DNA of 64,000 nucleotides from Methanotrichaceae archaeon (GTDB lineage Archaea > Halobacteriota > Methanosarcinia > Methanotrichales > Methanotrichaceae): positions 83,739 through 147,738 of the forward strand of contig CAVVKN010000004.1 of assembly GCA_963748825.1 (NCBI GenBank), written 5' to 3'. Made by a program: the position numbers and the translations under genes. Positions 19,111 to 28,146 of the stretch are shown one piece after another. Under the pieces are notes generated by a model. The model was not told where the DNA came from. It worked only from the letters and a program-made list of their open reading frames with translations, and did not search any database. Each line of letters opens with the position of its first letter. Position 1 is the first letter of the stretch.

Positions 19111-19818
19111 TTAAGCCTTGCTATGGCGTCCGAAGCCTGCTACTCCTAAAATCTGGGCCATTTCCCGCATATTCTTATTCTCTTCCTTCAGTTGGTTCAG
19201 GGTCATGTTGTCTCTCTCCTGCACCTTCTTCTCCTGAAGCAGCTTGACTTCGGCAAGGGTCATATTGTCCAGCTCCTGCATCTTCTTCTCGGAGAGATCT
19301 TTGATCTGATTGACAGTCATATTGCCCAAATCCTCTACAGTCAGATCATCTATAAGCAGCATAATTGGAGAGGCTCTTGCCATGCCCTGAGGAGCTTTAT
19401 CCCACCGACCGCTCTTTTCATCGTGGCCGTACATTGCGCCGCCCATGCGCCCGGACATACCACCCTTTGAGCCGTCTCTCATATGATTGTCACCCATGCC
19501 CATTTCCCCCATGAACTTTCCTTTCATGCCGAGGGATTCATTGGCATTCCTTCCCCACAGACTGCAGTTTTGTCCTGCCTCTTTAGCAGAGCAAGCGGTC
19601 GTATTATTCCAGGCCTGCTGCCGCATCTCCTTCAGCTCACCTAGAGTCATATTGCCCATCTCTTCAGCAGTCAGGTTATTCATCGGGGCAAACATTCCCC
19701 CATGTCCCAACCGGCCAGAGCCGTTATCCATTGGCATTGACAGGGCCGGTGCTGCAAAAAGGCAGACTGCAGCCAGAGCGATCAAAGCGATCTTTCCCGA
19801 TATTTCCGCAAATTTCAT
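19111..19818 (-). CDS. Secreted Met/Gly-rich protein with four NMT(L/V).(E/Q)(L/I/V)K helical repeats
   Basis: Signal peptide; repeats GNMTLGELKE, GNMTVNQIKD, DNMTLAEVKL, DNMTLNQLKE; GAGGT upstream. Confidence 0.75.
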   Translation of the reverse strand: MKFAEISGKIALIALAAVCLFAAPALSMPMDNGSGRLGHGGMFAPMNNLTAEEMGNMTLGELKEMRQQAWNNTTACSAKEAGQNCSLWGRNANESLGMKGKFMGEMGMGDNHMRDGSKGGMSGRMGGAMYGHDEKSGRWDKAPQGMARASPIMLLIDDLTVEDLGNMTVNQIKDLSEKKMQELDNMTLAEVKLLQEKKVQERDNMTLNQLKEENKNMREMAQILGVAGFGRHSKA

Positions 19819-20006
19819 CTGTAATCAAACCTCTAATTCGTTATAATCCACAATCATTCCCACTCATCATACCCGTTCATCAAACCGAGCAGCCATAAGC
19901 TTCAGCCGTCCGGCAAAATAACATACTCCTGAACGATACAAAAAGGAAGGGCCGAACGAACGATTTAAAATTAGGATAGTCCGTCTGCAGGCCGGATAAA
20001 AAAGGT

Positions 20007-21236
20007 TCACAAACGTTCCTTTTTAGATAAAAACCAATCAGAAAGTTCGATTATATTGGTTCTGCCCCATTCCTTCTTGCTTACTAGTTTCCTGCGCTCC
20101 AGAGATATCAAAATTCCGGTTAAGGACGATTTAGGCGTTCCTGTCTCATACCGGATATCCGCCTGGGTCATTCTGCCACCATGGTCGATTAATGTGCTTA
20201 TTACGGCTCGCTCTCGGGCAGTAAGGGTCTGCATGACCGCTTCCATCTCGGAGCTGACCACGATGCCGTTTTTCATGGACGGCTCTTCAGGCAGTTTGCT
20301 CGCAGCCGGAATCTCCTGGTCTTTTGCAGATTCAGCTGAAAGTGGGCCCTGTGCCAGAATATCGGCCGGATCGGCGGCCGGAGAAGACGAGGGCTCTATG
20401 CGGCCTGGCCCATTCACTGGGGGTGTTTGTGGTGCCCCGGAAAGAAATACACCATCATCGGCGGACGGCAAATCTAGCTGCCCCACCATATCAGTCTCCT
20501 CGGGCAGGGGAGCTGTCGCGATCTCTCTTGCCGCCTCATCCGCAATTGCTCCCACCACCGTATTCTCAATTGAGCTTGCGGTTGGACTCGCCATTGAGCT
20601 GCGCTTCTTTCTCTGCAAGAAGACGGCAAAGCCAAAGCCTGCCACCAGGAGAGCGGCGGCAATGAGAAGCATGATCAGAGCCGCACCCTCGCCCGGATAG
20701 CCCGGGGAAAGGGACGGTAGGCTGCTGCCGTTGGCCGCCAGGAGCTGCCGATACTGGATGGAGATACGGGGGTCAGAAACCTCATATCCTTGCACATCCG
20801 CCACCAGGGACTCATTGGACGCAGAGAGCAGATATCCCAGACCCTGCGAGGCGTTGATCTCCCCCAGGCTGGTCTCGCTAGGCAGGTAGAATGTGACGCG
20901 ATAATCATCAAAGCTTCCTATGGCATCAAAGCTCAAAGTCCAGAGATCGCCCACCTTTGCCGTCAGCCCGTTAGTGAGGGCATAGAGCTGATGAGAATCG
21001 TTCTCGAACCGGAACTGTGAGTCTGCGAGGAAAGCTAGACCACTAACATCCTCGGCATAGCCAGTGACCAGAGCTTTGCCGGCGTTATCCAGGTAGACAT
21101 TGAGAATCAGACTCTGCCCAAAGGTGGAATCGGATTCCTGGGCATGAGCCGACATAGCTAGAAGAACGGCTACAAAAAACAATGAAACTGCCATTTTCCT
21201 GTGCGCCATCCCGCCCCACTTGCCGCCGCCCTTCAT
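20007..21236 (-). CDS. Membrane-anchored winged-HTH transcriptional regulator (signal peptide, ectodomain, one TM, acidic linker, HTH; COG2512-like)
   Basis: TM ALIMLLIAAALLVAGFGFAVFL followed by RKKR; C-terminal LT.RE..V...L...GG..TQADI...TG.PKSSLT.IL..LERR.LV...GRTN.I.L. Confidence 0.82.
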   Translation of the reverse strand: MKGGGKWGGMAHRKMAVSLFFVAVLLAMSAHAQESDSTFGQSLILNVYLDNAGKALVTGYAEDVSGLAFLADSQFRFENDSHQLYALTNGLTAKVGDLWTLSFDAIGSFDDYRVTFYLPSETSLGEINASQGLGYLLSASNESLVADVQGYEVSDPRISIQYRQLLAANGSSLPSLSPGYPGEGAALIMLLIAAALLVAGFGFAVFLQRKKRSSMASPTASSIENTVVGAIADEAAREIATAPLPEETDMVGQLDLPSADDGVFLSGAPQTPPVNGPGRIEPSSSPAADPADILAQGPLSAESAKDQEIPAASKLPEEPSMKNGIVVSSEMEAVMQTLTARERAVISTLIDHGGRMTQADIRYETGTPKSSLTGILISLERRKLVSKKEWGRTNIIELSDWFLSKKERL

Positions 21237-21306
21237 AACAAGATCGCCTTTGGCCTGAATCTATTTAAATAACACTCAAAATTATCCGCCACGACGCCAT
21301 TCCCTT

Positions 21307-22941
21307 TTACCAGGCCAGACTGGCCACCGGCATCCTCCAGCCGCTGCCAAAGGCCCGATCCGTCACCTTCAGTCCCGGCGCTGCCTGCCGCCTCTTGAAT
21401 TCGGCACCCTTCACCAGACAGAGCACCCTTTCCACCATTGCTTTTTCAAACCCTTCGGCGAGCAGCTCCTCTTTTGACTGATGCCTCTCGATATATCTCT
21501 CCAGAATATCATCCAGCACCTCATAGGGAGGCAGGCTGTCCTGGTCGGTCTGGCCGAAACGAAGCTCAGCGGTGGGCGCTTTATGCAGGACCGCCGTTGG
21601 GATAATCTCTCTTCCCCGGGCGTTCAACCACTTAGCTATGCGATATACGGCAGTTTTAGGAACATCGGAGATGACGGCCAGGCCCCCGGACATGTCTCCG
21701 TAAATGGTGCAGTAGCCCACGGCCAGCTCCGACTTGTTTCCCGTGGTGAGAAGCACCAGGCGAAACTTGTTGGAGAGAGCCATGAGAAGGTTTCCCCGGA
21801 TGCGGGCCTGGATGTTCTCCTCCGTCACGTCCTTTGGCTGACCCTGGAAGGGCTTGGCCAGCCCCCGGTCAAAGGACTTCATGATATCGGAGATGTTCAT
21901 AGCGATCGTCTTAATTCCCAGGTTTTGCGCCAGAGCGCATGCATCCACAATGCTGGTCATTCTGGTGTAAGGAGAAGACATGAGCACGCCCAGGACGTTC
22001 TCCGGGCCGAGAGCATAAGCGGCTATGGCCGCCACAAGGCTTGAGTCTATGCCACCGGAAAGGCCCAGCAAAACCCCGGAAAAGCCGCACTTGTGCACGT
22101 AGTCGCGCGTGCCCAAAACAAGAGCCCGCCAGATCTCAGACTCGGGAGTGAAATCGTCCTCTGCGATCGCCGCTTCCCCGCAGGCTGGGTCCGCAATTAT
22201 CAGATCCGGCTCAAAGCCCTGAGCGCGGGCCACAAGCCGGCCCTCTTTGTCGAAGACACAGCTTCGGCCATCGAAGACCAGATCGTCGTTGCCGCCTACC
22301 TGATTGATGTAGAAAAAGGGAACACGGTACTTTTTAGCCAGGCCGGAAAGCATGGCCTCGCGGTGTTTTTGCTTGCCGGCTGTGAAGGGCGAGGCGGAGA
22401 GGTTGATAATAGCATTCGCTCCCGCTGCCACCAGCTCCTGCACGGGATCTGTGTGGTAGCGACGGCGCTTCCAAAAGTCGCGATCGTTCCAGATATCCTC
22501 GCAGATGGAAATACCCAGGACCTCCTTCCCCAACTCCAGGATCTGTGGCTCTGCTGCTGGCTCGAAGTAACGGTCCTCGTCAAATACATCGTAAGTGGGG
22601 AGCAGCGTTTTTTTAAAGGTCCTCTCCACCCGGCCACTACGAAGAAGGGCGGCAGAGTTGAAGAGAGGGCGGCCCACCTCACCCGGGTTTGGCTCGGCCA
22701 GGCCCACCAGAAGAGGCGAGAGATCAGCAAGCTCTTCGGCCAGGTGGCGCAGGACGGCCCAACTGCGCTCTACAAAATCGGCATTGAGGAGCAGGTCGCG
22801 GGGCGGGTAGCCTAGCAGAGCCAGCTCGGAGGTGACGGCTAAGTCGGCACCTTTCGCGCGGCGGGCTGCGCTGGCGATGAGCGCGGCGTTGCCCTGGAGA
22901 TCTCCGACGATAGGATTGAGCTGCAAGAGGGCTATTTTCAT
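21307..22941 (-). CDS. nadE: Glutamine-dependent NAD+ synthetase
   Basis: Nitrilase domain (E, K, ICEDIW) plus LGLSGGIDS, ENIQARIRG, TGNKSE, PTAEL..GQTD. Confidence 0.97.
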   Translation of the reverse strand: MKIALLQLNPIVGDLQGNAALIASAARRAKGADLAVTSELALLGYPPRDLLLNADFVERSWAVLRHLAEELADLSPLLVGLAEPNPGEVGRPLFNSAALLRSGRVERTFKKTLLPTYDVFDEDRYFEPAAEPQILELGKEVLGISICEDIWNDRDFWKRRRYHTDPVQELVAAGANAIINLSASPFTAGKQKHREAMLSGLAKKYRVPFFYINQVGGNDDLVFDGRSCVFDKEGRLVARAQGFEPDLIIADPACGEAAIAEDDFTPESEIWRALVLGTRDYVHKCGFSGVLLGLSGGIDSSLVAAIAAYALGPENVLGVLMSSPYTRMTSIVDACALAQNLGIKTIAMNISDIMKSFDRGLAKPFQGQPKDVTEENIQARIRGNLLMALSNKFRLVLLTTGNKSELAVGYCTIYGDMSGGLAVISDVPKTAVYRIAKWLNARGREIIPTAVLHKAPTAELRFGQTDQDSLPPYEVLDDILERYIERHQSKEELLAEGFEKAMVERVLCLVKGAEFKRRQAAPGLKVTDRAFGSGWRMPVASLAW

Positions 22942-23240
22942 AGAAGTGCTGGGATGGATGTCTGGACGGCATTAATCTCTTTCGTTTCCTTTTGCAGGCG
23001 AGAAAAATATGCGCATAATTCAGGGCAATAGAATACCAACCTAAAAACCATTAAATGATCAATTGTCGAATATGGAACGCTTAAAACCAGATTTGATCGA
23101 ATCGGAACCATTTATGAACTTCGACATTTACCGTAAGAATTAAATATCGTTCAGGCAGGGTGGTCTTCGTGAGAGCGGCTCAACTGGGCCGATCTCGATG
23201 ATGATCTAATTGGACTTGAAGCCAAGTGGAGGTTAGTAAA

Positions 23241-23555
23241 ATGAGATACATGAAATTGTTCGCTTCATTGGCAGTATTATGCCTTCTAGCAGGTCTTGCC
23301 CTGGCAGCACAAAATGGAAATGGTCCAACTGCCTGCACAGGAGCCTGCAATGGGAACAGCATCAAGAACTGCGAGAATCAGGGTGCCTGCAATCAGCAAA
23401 ATTGCCAGGTAGGAGAGCCCTGCCAGGGCCAGAATTGTAATAAGGCTGGACCTCAGGATGGAACCGGCAGCCAGAACGGAAACAGTCAGAATGGTAACGC
23501 TCAGGGACCCCAGGATGGAACCGGACCTCTGAGAGACGGCAGCTGCCGGAAGTAA
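23241..23555 (+). CDS. Small secreted Cys/Gln/Asn/Gly-rich protein with GPQDGTG repeats
   Basis: GGAGGT RBS, signal peptide, eight Cys in mature part, GPQDGTG x2, GPLRDGSC. Confidence 0.75.
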   Translation: MRYMKLFASLAVLCLLAGLALAAQNGNGPTACTGACNGNSIKNCENQGACNQQNCQVGEPCQGQNCNKAGPQDGTGSQNGNSQNGNAQGPQDGTGPLRDGSCRK

Positions 23556-23749
23556 ACCGACTATAGAGCATCCATCAGGGATTCGTTTCCCTGTTTCCCT
23601 GATACTTTTTATCTTTATATTTTACATATTAATATTGAAAATTAACCACACCTTAGTCAACAATTATCTTGCTTTCCCACGTCACCCCAAAGCGAGGTTG
23701 GAAAGACATAATCAGCTACCTTTTTACCTCTGCGCGCCCCCATAGTCTC

Positions 23750-23810
23750 TGGCGCAATGATGATCTGGCCTGTCTGATTTCATGATGAGGATATTGAGTT
23801 CTGAGCGCCA
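23750..23810 (+). ncRNA. Box C/D guide sRNA, predicted guide for Cm34 of tRNA-Leu(CAA)
   Basis: Terminal stem TGGCGC/GCGCCA; C ATGATGA 23757-63, D' CTGA 23774-77, C' ATGATGA 23782-88, D CTGA 23801-04; D guide GGATATTGAGTT. Confidence 0.87.
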
Positions 23811-23815
23811 TAAAC

Positions 23816-24787
23816 CTAAAGATCCCGGCCCGGTATAAGATCGCAGCCCGTGCAGCGATAGCAGCCCGTCAGGGCAGCGCCCCCGTCCAGACCATTCTTC
23901 TCCAGCGCCCCCTTCAGGTAGCGCGCCAGATCCAGCAGCCGCTTTGCCGAAGGCCGCTGCATCTGCACCTCGCCGACTCGCCGCGGATGAGGAAAGACGG
24001 CCCGCAAGACCGGGATGATGCCCCTCTCCGTCAGCTCATCGATGCTCTTGCGCAGGGTCTCATCGGACTCGCCCAGGCCCACGATGATATTAGTAAAGAC
24101 CCGGTTCTTGCCGAAGAAGCCCACCGCATCCAGCAGGGCATCCATGATCTCCTGATAGGATATGCCCGGGCAGACCTTCGAGAAGAGCTCAGGGTCCACG
24201 CACTCCAGGTTGTATTTGACCTCATCCGCCCCGGCATCTTTGAGAATTTGATTCACGCCAGGAAAAGGGCTGATGGAAACGCCCACAGGGACACGAAAAC
24301 GCTTTAGATCCCTGACAATCCCGGCCACTCGCTCGGCTTCCGCCTGAGGCGAGACCTCCACCCCGCTGGTCAGGGAGATGGCGCGCAGGCTGCCCTTCCG
24401 GGCGGCCTCCTCTACCATCTGCAAGACCATCTGCCCGGTTTTTATGCCCCCTTGCAGTTTGGGCACGGCGCAGAATTTGCAGTCGTAGATGCAGCGCTCC
24501 GAGACCGTGATGTAGGCCTGCTCCGGGCAGTGCAAGAGCTGCTCTACCAGCCGACCGCGGGCGATCTCCCGACCGTCCTTTAAAATGGCCACGCCCTCTG
24601 CACGGCTCTCCAGGCATAGGGGCGAGCTTTCTGCCACAGAGAGTCGGGCTATGTGCGGCCCGGACTGGAAAAAAACGGACTGTCCGCCCGCACCCGGACC
24701 CGCCGTAGAGGCCCGCCCGCCCGCGCGTGGCTCCGCCACCTGCACTGTTCCCACGGAAAGGAGAAGCGCCTTGGTCTCAAGATCCAT
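23816..24787 (-). CDS. Radical SAM protein (biotin-synthase-related, archaeal uncharacterised family)
   Basis: CIYDCKFC; TAGPGAG N-terminal motif; C-terminal GCYRCTGC. Confidence 0.85.
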   Translation of the reverse strand: MDLETKALLLSVGTVQVAEPRAGGRASTAGPGAGGQSVFFQSGPHIARLSVAESSPLCLESRAEGVAILKDGREIARGRLVEQLLHCPEQAYITVSERCIYDCKFCAVPKLQGGIKTGQMVLQMVEEAARKGSLRAISLTSGVEVSPQAEAERVAGIVRDLKRFRVPVGVSISPFPGVNQILKDAGADEVKYNLECVDPELFSKVCPGISYQEIMDALLDAVGFFGKNRVFTNIIVGLGESDETLRKSIDELTERGIIPVLRAVFPHPRRVGEVQMQRPSAKRLLDLARYLKGALEKNGLDGGAALTGCYRCTGCDLIPGRDL

Positions 24788-24789
24788 GG

Positions 24790-26679
24790 TTAAGACACCG
24801 TCACCACATTGCTCTGGGCCAGGAGCGGACGGTTGATGTCATCCTGGAACAAGCGGAAGTCGTACTGGCCGGCCGCTCCGGGAAGCTGCCAGACCATGCT
24901 GCCACAGCTTCGCCCTCCTGTAGATCTCTTTCCCGAGTCGAACTTGTCAGGCCGGGTCATGCCATACATACCGACCACACTGGCCGGGGCCGCGCCCCAG
25001 AAGGTGACAGTAACCGTTCCGCCTGGAGCTACATGCGAGGGCTCTGCTACAACCTTGTGACCGGCATTCTCCTTCACCACTACGGCATTGCTCGTGACCA
25101 GAGGGAGAGCGGCCCCGCTTGCAAACATCTTGAATACGTAGCTGCCCGCATCAGGAGCGGAGAAGATAGCATCTCCGCTCACCCGGCTACCCAGCACTTG
25201 GCTTGCGACGGCATCCGAGGAGCCTTCCCGGTACATGCCGATCCAGTCATCCTTCTGGCCGAAAGCCCCCCGGAAGGCGACGATGATCTTCTCGCAGGTG
25301 TAAACCGTCGTGGGGCTCGCGGAAATGGCGGGCATCGTCACATCGAAAGGCAGGGAGAGAACCTTTGTGCCATTCTTATCGTGCATGAGCAGCTGATAGG
25401 AGCCCTCCTTTTGCGGGGCGGTGAGCCAGGCATCCCCCGAGATATTCTGCCCTAAATAGAGATCTTCCTGCTGATCCTCCTGGCCCGAGGCCTCGGCCTG
25501 CCCCACCCAGACCTCCTGGCCAGTCGGTGCTGTGAAGTTCAGATCCATCCTGCTGCCGGGCAGATAGCTCTTGCCGGAAAGCTGCAAAGCCGCCCCTCCC
25601 GGGCCCGTGGATCGACCGGGGATGCGGACCGGAGAGGCCTGTGGGTAGCGGTCCACGCTGGGGCCCCCGGTGATGGACTTTTCCGCGTCGCAGATCTTGC
25701 GGCCCTTGCAGCCTTCAGCGGGGTCATTGAAATCGCTGTAATTGTTGCCCACTTTGCCGTTATCCCAGTTGTCGAGGCTGTCGTCGCGGGCATTCTTCTT
25801 GTTGGAGAGATTGTTCAGATAAATGGTATTATTGGTAGAGTCGGTCTCCGAAGAGGGCATGCTGTTATAGGATATGACCACGCCCTTTCCCTTGGACTGC
25901 ACATCTTTGCCCGCGCCAAGGTATGAAAGATAGATGCCTTTTTCGTTTCCTACAAAATCGTTCTTGCGCACGATGTTGTCGCGGCTGCTATCCAGGACCA
26001 GTGCGCCGTCGCTTCCTGTTGCAAAATTTCCTTCTATGAGATTGGCGTGGCTTTCCTGCAAATTGATGGCATCAAACCTGTTTTGTGAGAAAGTATTTGC
26101 CAGGACCATGTTTTCCCGGCTGCCTACCAGCTTGCAGCCGTAGCGATTATCGCTTACCTCATTTTTTTCCAGCTGATTTCGACTGCTGTTCTTCAGCAAA
26201 ATCCCAGCGTTGCCATTTCCCTGGACAACATTGCCGAAGACTGTGTTGTTGCTGCACTTCTGAAGGAATATCCCGGCATTGCCGCTGCCACTGGCCATAT
26301 TGTTTCTGATGATATTGTCATTGGAGAGCACCAATATGCCGGAATCTCCCGTCCAGCCGCTTGCGCTCTTAGCCCAAAAGCCATCCAAAATAACACCGTT
26401 TGCCTTGATGGTTATGGCCGGGCCGTTTTCCGATTCCACACGAGGCAGGTTCCCACCGGAGCTTATGCCTTTGAGGATAAGCGATCTGTCGATGACCAGA
26501 CTCTCCAGGTAGGTGCCGCTGGAAACCTCAATAGTCTCTCCCGGATGGGCGGCATCTATGGCCGCCTGGATTTGCTCACCCGGCTTGACAACTACGGTTG
26601 CATTCGCGCAATTGGCCAACAGGATGAACGCAAACATTATGGCTAGGAGCCTTAGCGGCTTTTCTGGCATACACTTCAT
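24790..26679 (-). CDS. Secreted NosD/CASH parallel beta-helix protein with C-terminal Ig-like domains
   Basis: IQAAID..G.TI.V..G.Y.E, NN.I..N repeats, GNNYSD, DWIGMY; start chosen at MKCMPEK. Confidence 0.8.
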   Translation of the reverse strand: MKCMPEKPLRLLAIMFAFILLANCANATVVVKPGEQIQAAIDAAHPGETIEVSSGTYLESLVIDRSLILKGISSGGNLPRVESENGPAITIKANGVILDGFWAKSASGWTGDSGILVLSNDNIIRNNMASGSGNAGIFLQKCSNNTVFGNVVQGNGNAGILLKNSSRNQLEKNEVSDNRYGCKLVGSRENMVLANTFSQNRFDAINLQESHANLIEGNFATGSDGALVLDSSRDNIVRKNDFVGNEKGIYLSYLGAGKDVQSKGKGVVISYNSMPSSETDSTNNTIYLNNLSNKKNARDDSLDNWDNGKVGNNYSDFNDPAEGCKGRKICDAEKSITGGPSVDRYPQASPVRIPGRSTGPGGAALQLSGKSYLPGSRMDLNFTAPTGQEVWVGQAEASGQEDQQEDLYLGQNISGDAWLTAPQKEGSYQLLMHDKNGTKVLSLPFDVTMPAISASPTTVYTCEKIIVAFRGAFGQKDDWIGMYREGSSDAVASQVLGSRVSGDAIFSAPDAGSYVFKMFASGAALPLVTSNAVVVKENAGHKVVAEPSHVAPGGTVTVTFWGAAPASVVGMYGMTRPDKFDSGKRSTGGRSCGSMVWQLPGAAGQYDFRLFQDDINRPLLAQSNVVTVS

Positions 26680-26807
26680 ACAAACCTTATGACTTACTCG
26701 GCGGTATAAAATGCCATTCCTTCTTTCAGAGAGTCTTTTAAAGTGGAATGATATCACCCAGATAAGCAATGGTCATCAATGGAATGCTCAGCTAAAAAGG
26801 AAATGAA

Positions 26808-27452
26808 ATGGAAATAAGCGAATTGCTGCTCTACTTTGTATATGCTTTCACCACGATATTCGTCATAGTCAATCCCATCGAGGCCACACTGGTCTTCGTC
26901 ACCCTCACTACCACCCTGAACTCGAAAGAGAGGAGCCACATCTACAGGCGCGCAACTCTGGTTGCCTTCGCCCTTGCCATTCTCTTCTCTCTGGCGGGAG
27001 ATGCTGTTTTGCGCATCTTCGGCATCACCGTGGACAGCTTGCGCGTGGCCGGAGGAATACTGCTCTTCCTGGTGGCCATAGACATGCTGCGGGGGCGCCA
27101 GCAGAAGAAGGTAACCGAGGCGGAGCTTCAGGATGCGAATTCGCGGGAGGACGTCTCCATATTTCCCCTGGCCATACCGCTGCTCACAGGTCCCGGAGCC
27201 ATAACCACGGTGGTGGTTTTGATGGGCGAGGCAGACAACTTCACGGAAAAGAGCCTATTGCTGCTGGCCATCTGTCTGACATTCCTGGCCACATTCTTCA
27301 TCCTTAAATTCTCGCAGTACATTGATCGGGCCCTGGGAATTACAGGGATTATGGTCATGACCAGGATCATGGGGCTGATTTTAGGGGCAGTGGCTGTGAG
27401 CTTTGTGGCTACAGGGGTCTGGAACTTATACCGGGCGATGGCAGGAGCTTGA
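26808..27452 (+). CDS. MarC-family membrane protein
   Basis: IVNP, FGIT..SLRVAGGILLF, FPLAIPLLTGPGAIT, RIMGLIL. Confidence 0.93.
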   Translation: MEISELLLYFVYAFTTIFVIVNPIEATLVFVTLTTTLNSKERSHIYRRATLVAFALAILFSLAGDAVLRIFGITVDSLRVAGGILLFLVAIDMLRGRQQKKVTEAELQDANSREDVSIFPLAIPLLTGPGAITTVVVLMGEADNFTEKSLLLLAICLTFLATFFILKFSQYIDRALGITGIMVMTRIMGLILGAVAVSFVATGVWNLYRAMAGA

Positions 27453-27456
27453 TTGA

Positions 27457-28146
27457 ATGGAGAAAGAATCATTCATGCAGTGGTTTTCCAGCGAAATTCC
27501 TGAAACCCTCTTCCCCCAGATTGCCGCCCAGGTCCTTTTCCAGTGCGAGAATTGCGGGGAATGCTGCCGAGGAGAAGGCTACGCACTGGTTGATGAAGCA
27601 GATCTGCAAGAGATTGCCAGAACGCTTGGCATTAGCCCATCCGAGGCAAGGGCCAGGTTTACAGATCCTGACCCGGAAAAAAATCCTGGATGCAGGATCC
27701 TAAAGAGCATCGGGCCAGATAGAAGCTGCTGCCTTCTTGATGTAAAGGCAAAACGGTGCATGATATACAGCCATAGGCCCCGCATATGCCGGACATTTCC
27801 CATGCTCAATGCAGATGCGGAGTGTGATGAAATAATATGCTTCTACTCTGACTGCCTGGGGACTGCAAAATTCGTGAAAATGCTGCAGGAAAAGAGATGC
27901 GATCCGCGGGTTCTAAAGGACATCGATAGCCTCACGAGGAATGCGGAAAGGATTGAAGCCCTGCAAATATTGCTCTTTGTGTGGCTGCGCCGGATGATGG
28001 GAAAAAAAGAGGAAGCAGAGCAGATCTGTCGCATCACGGGGATCTGGCCCCCCCAAGAGGAGAGCACCTTCAAGAGAGAATGCCTGGCCTACTTCCTGAT
28101 GACCATTACAACGGACGGACTGGTGGAGTATCAGTACGAAGGCTAA
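27457..28146 (+). CDS. YkgJ-family (CxxCxxCC) Fe-S/Zn cluster protein
   Basis: FQCENCGECCR, C..L....C.IY..RP.ICRTFP. Confidence 0.85.
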   Translation: MEKESFMQWFSSEIPETLFPQIAAQVLFQCENCGECCRGEGYALVDEADLQEIARTLGISPSEARARFTDPDPEKNPGCRILKSIGPDRSCCLLDVKAKRCMIYSHRPRICRTFPMLNADAECDEIICFYSDCLGTAKFVKMLQEKRCDPRVLKDIDSLTRNAERIEALQILLFVWLRRMMGKKEEAEQICRITGIWPPQEESTFKRECLAYFLMTITTDGLVEYQYEG

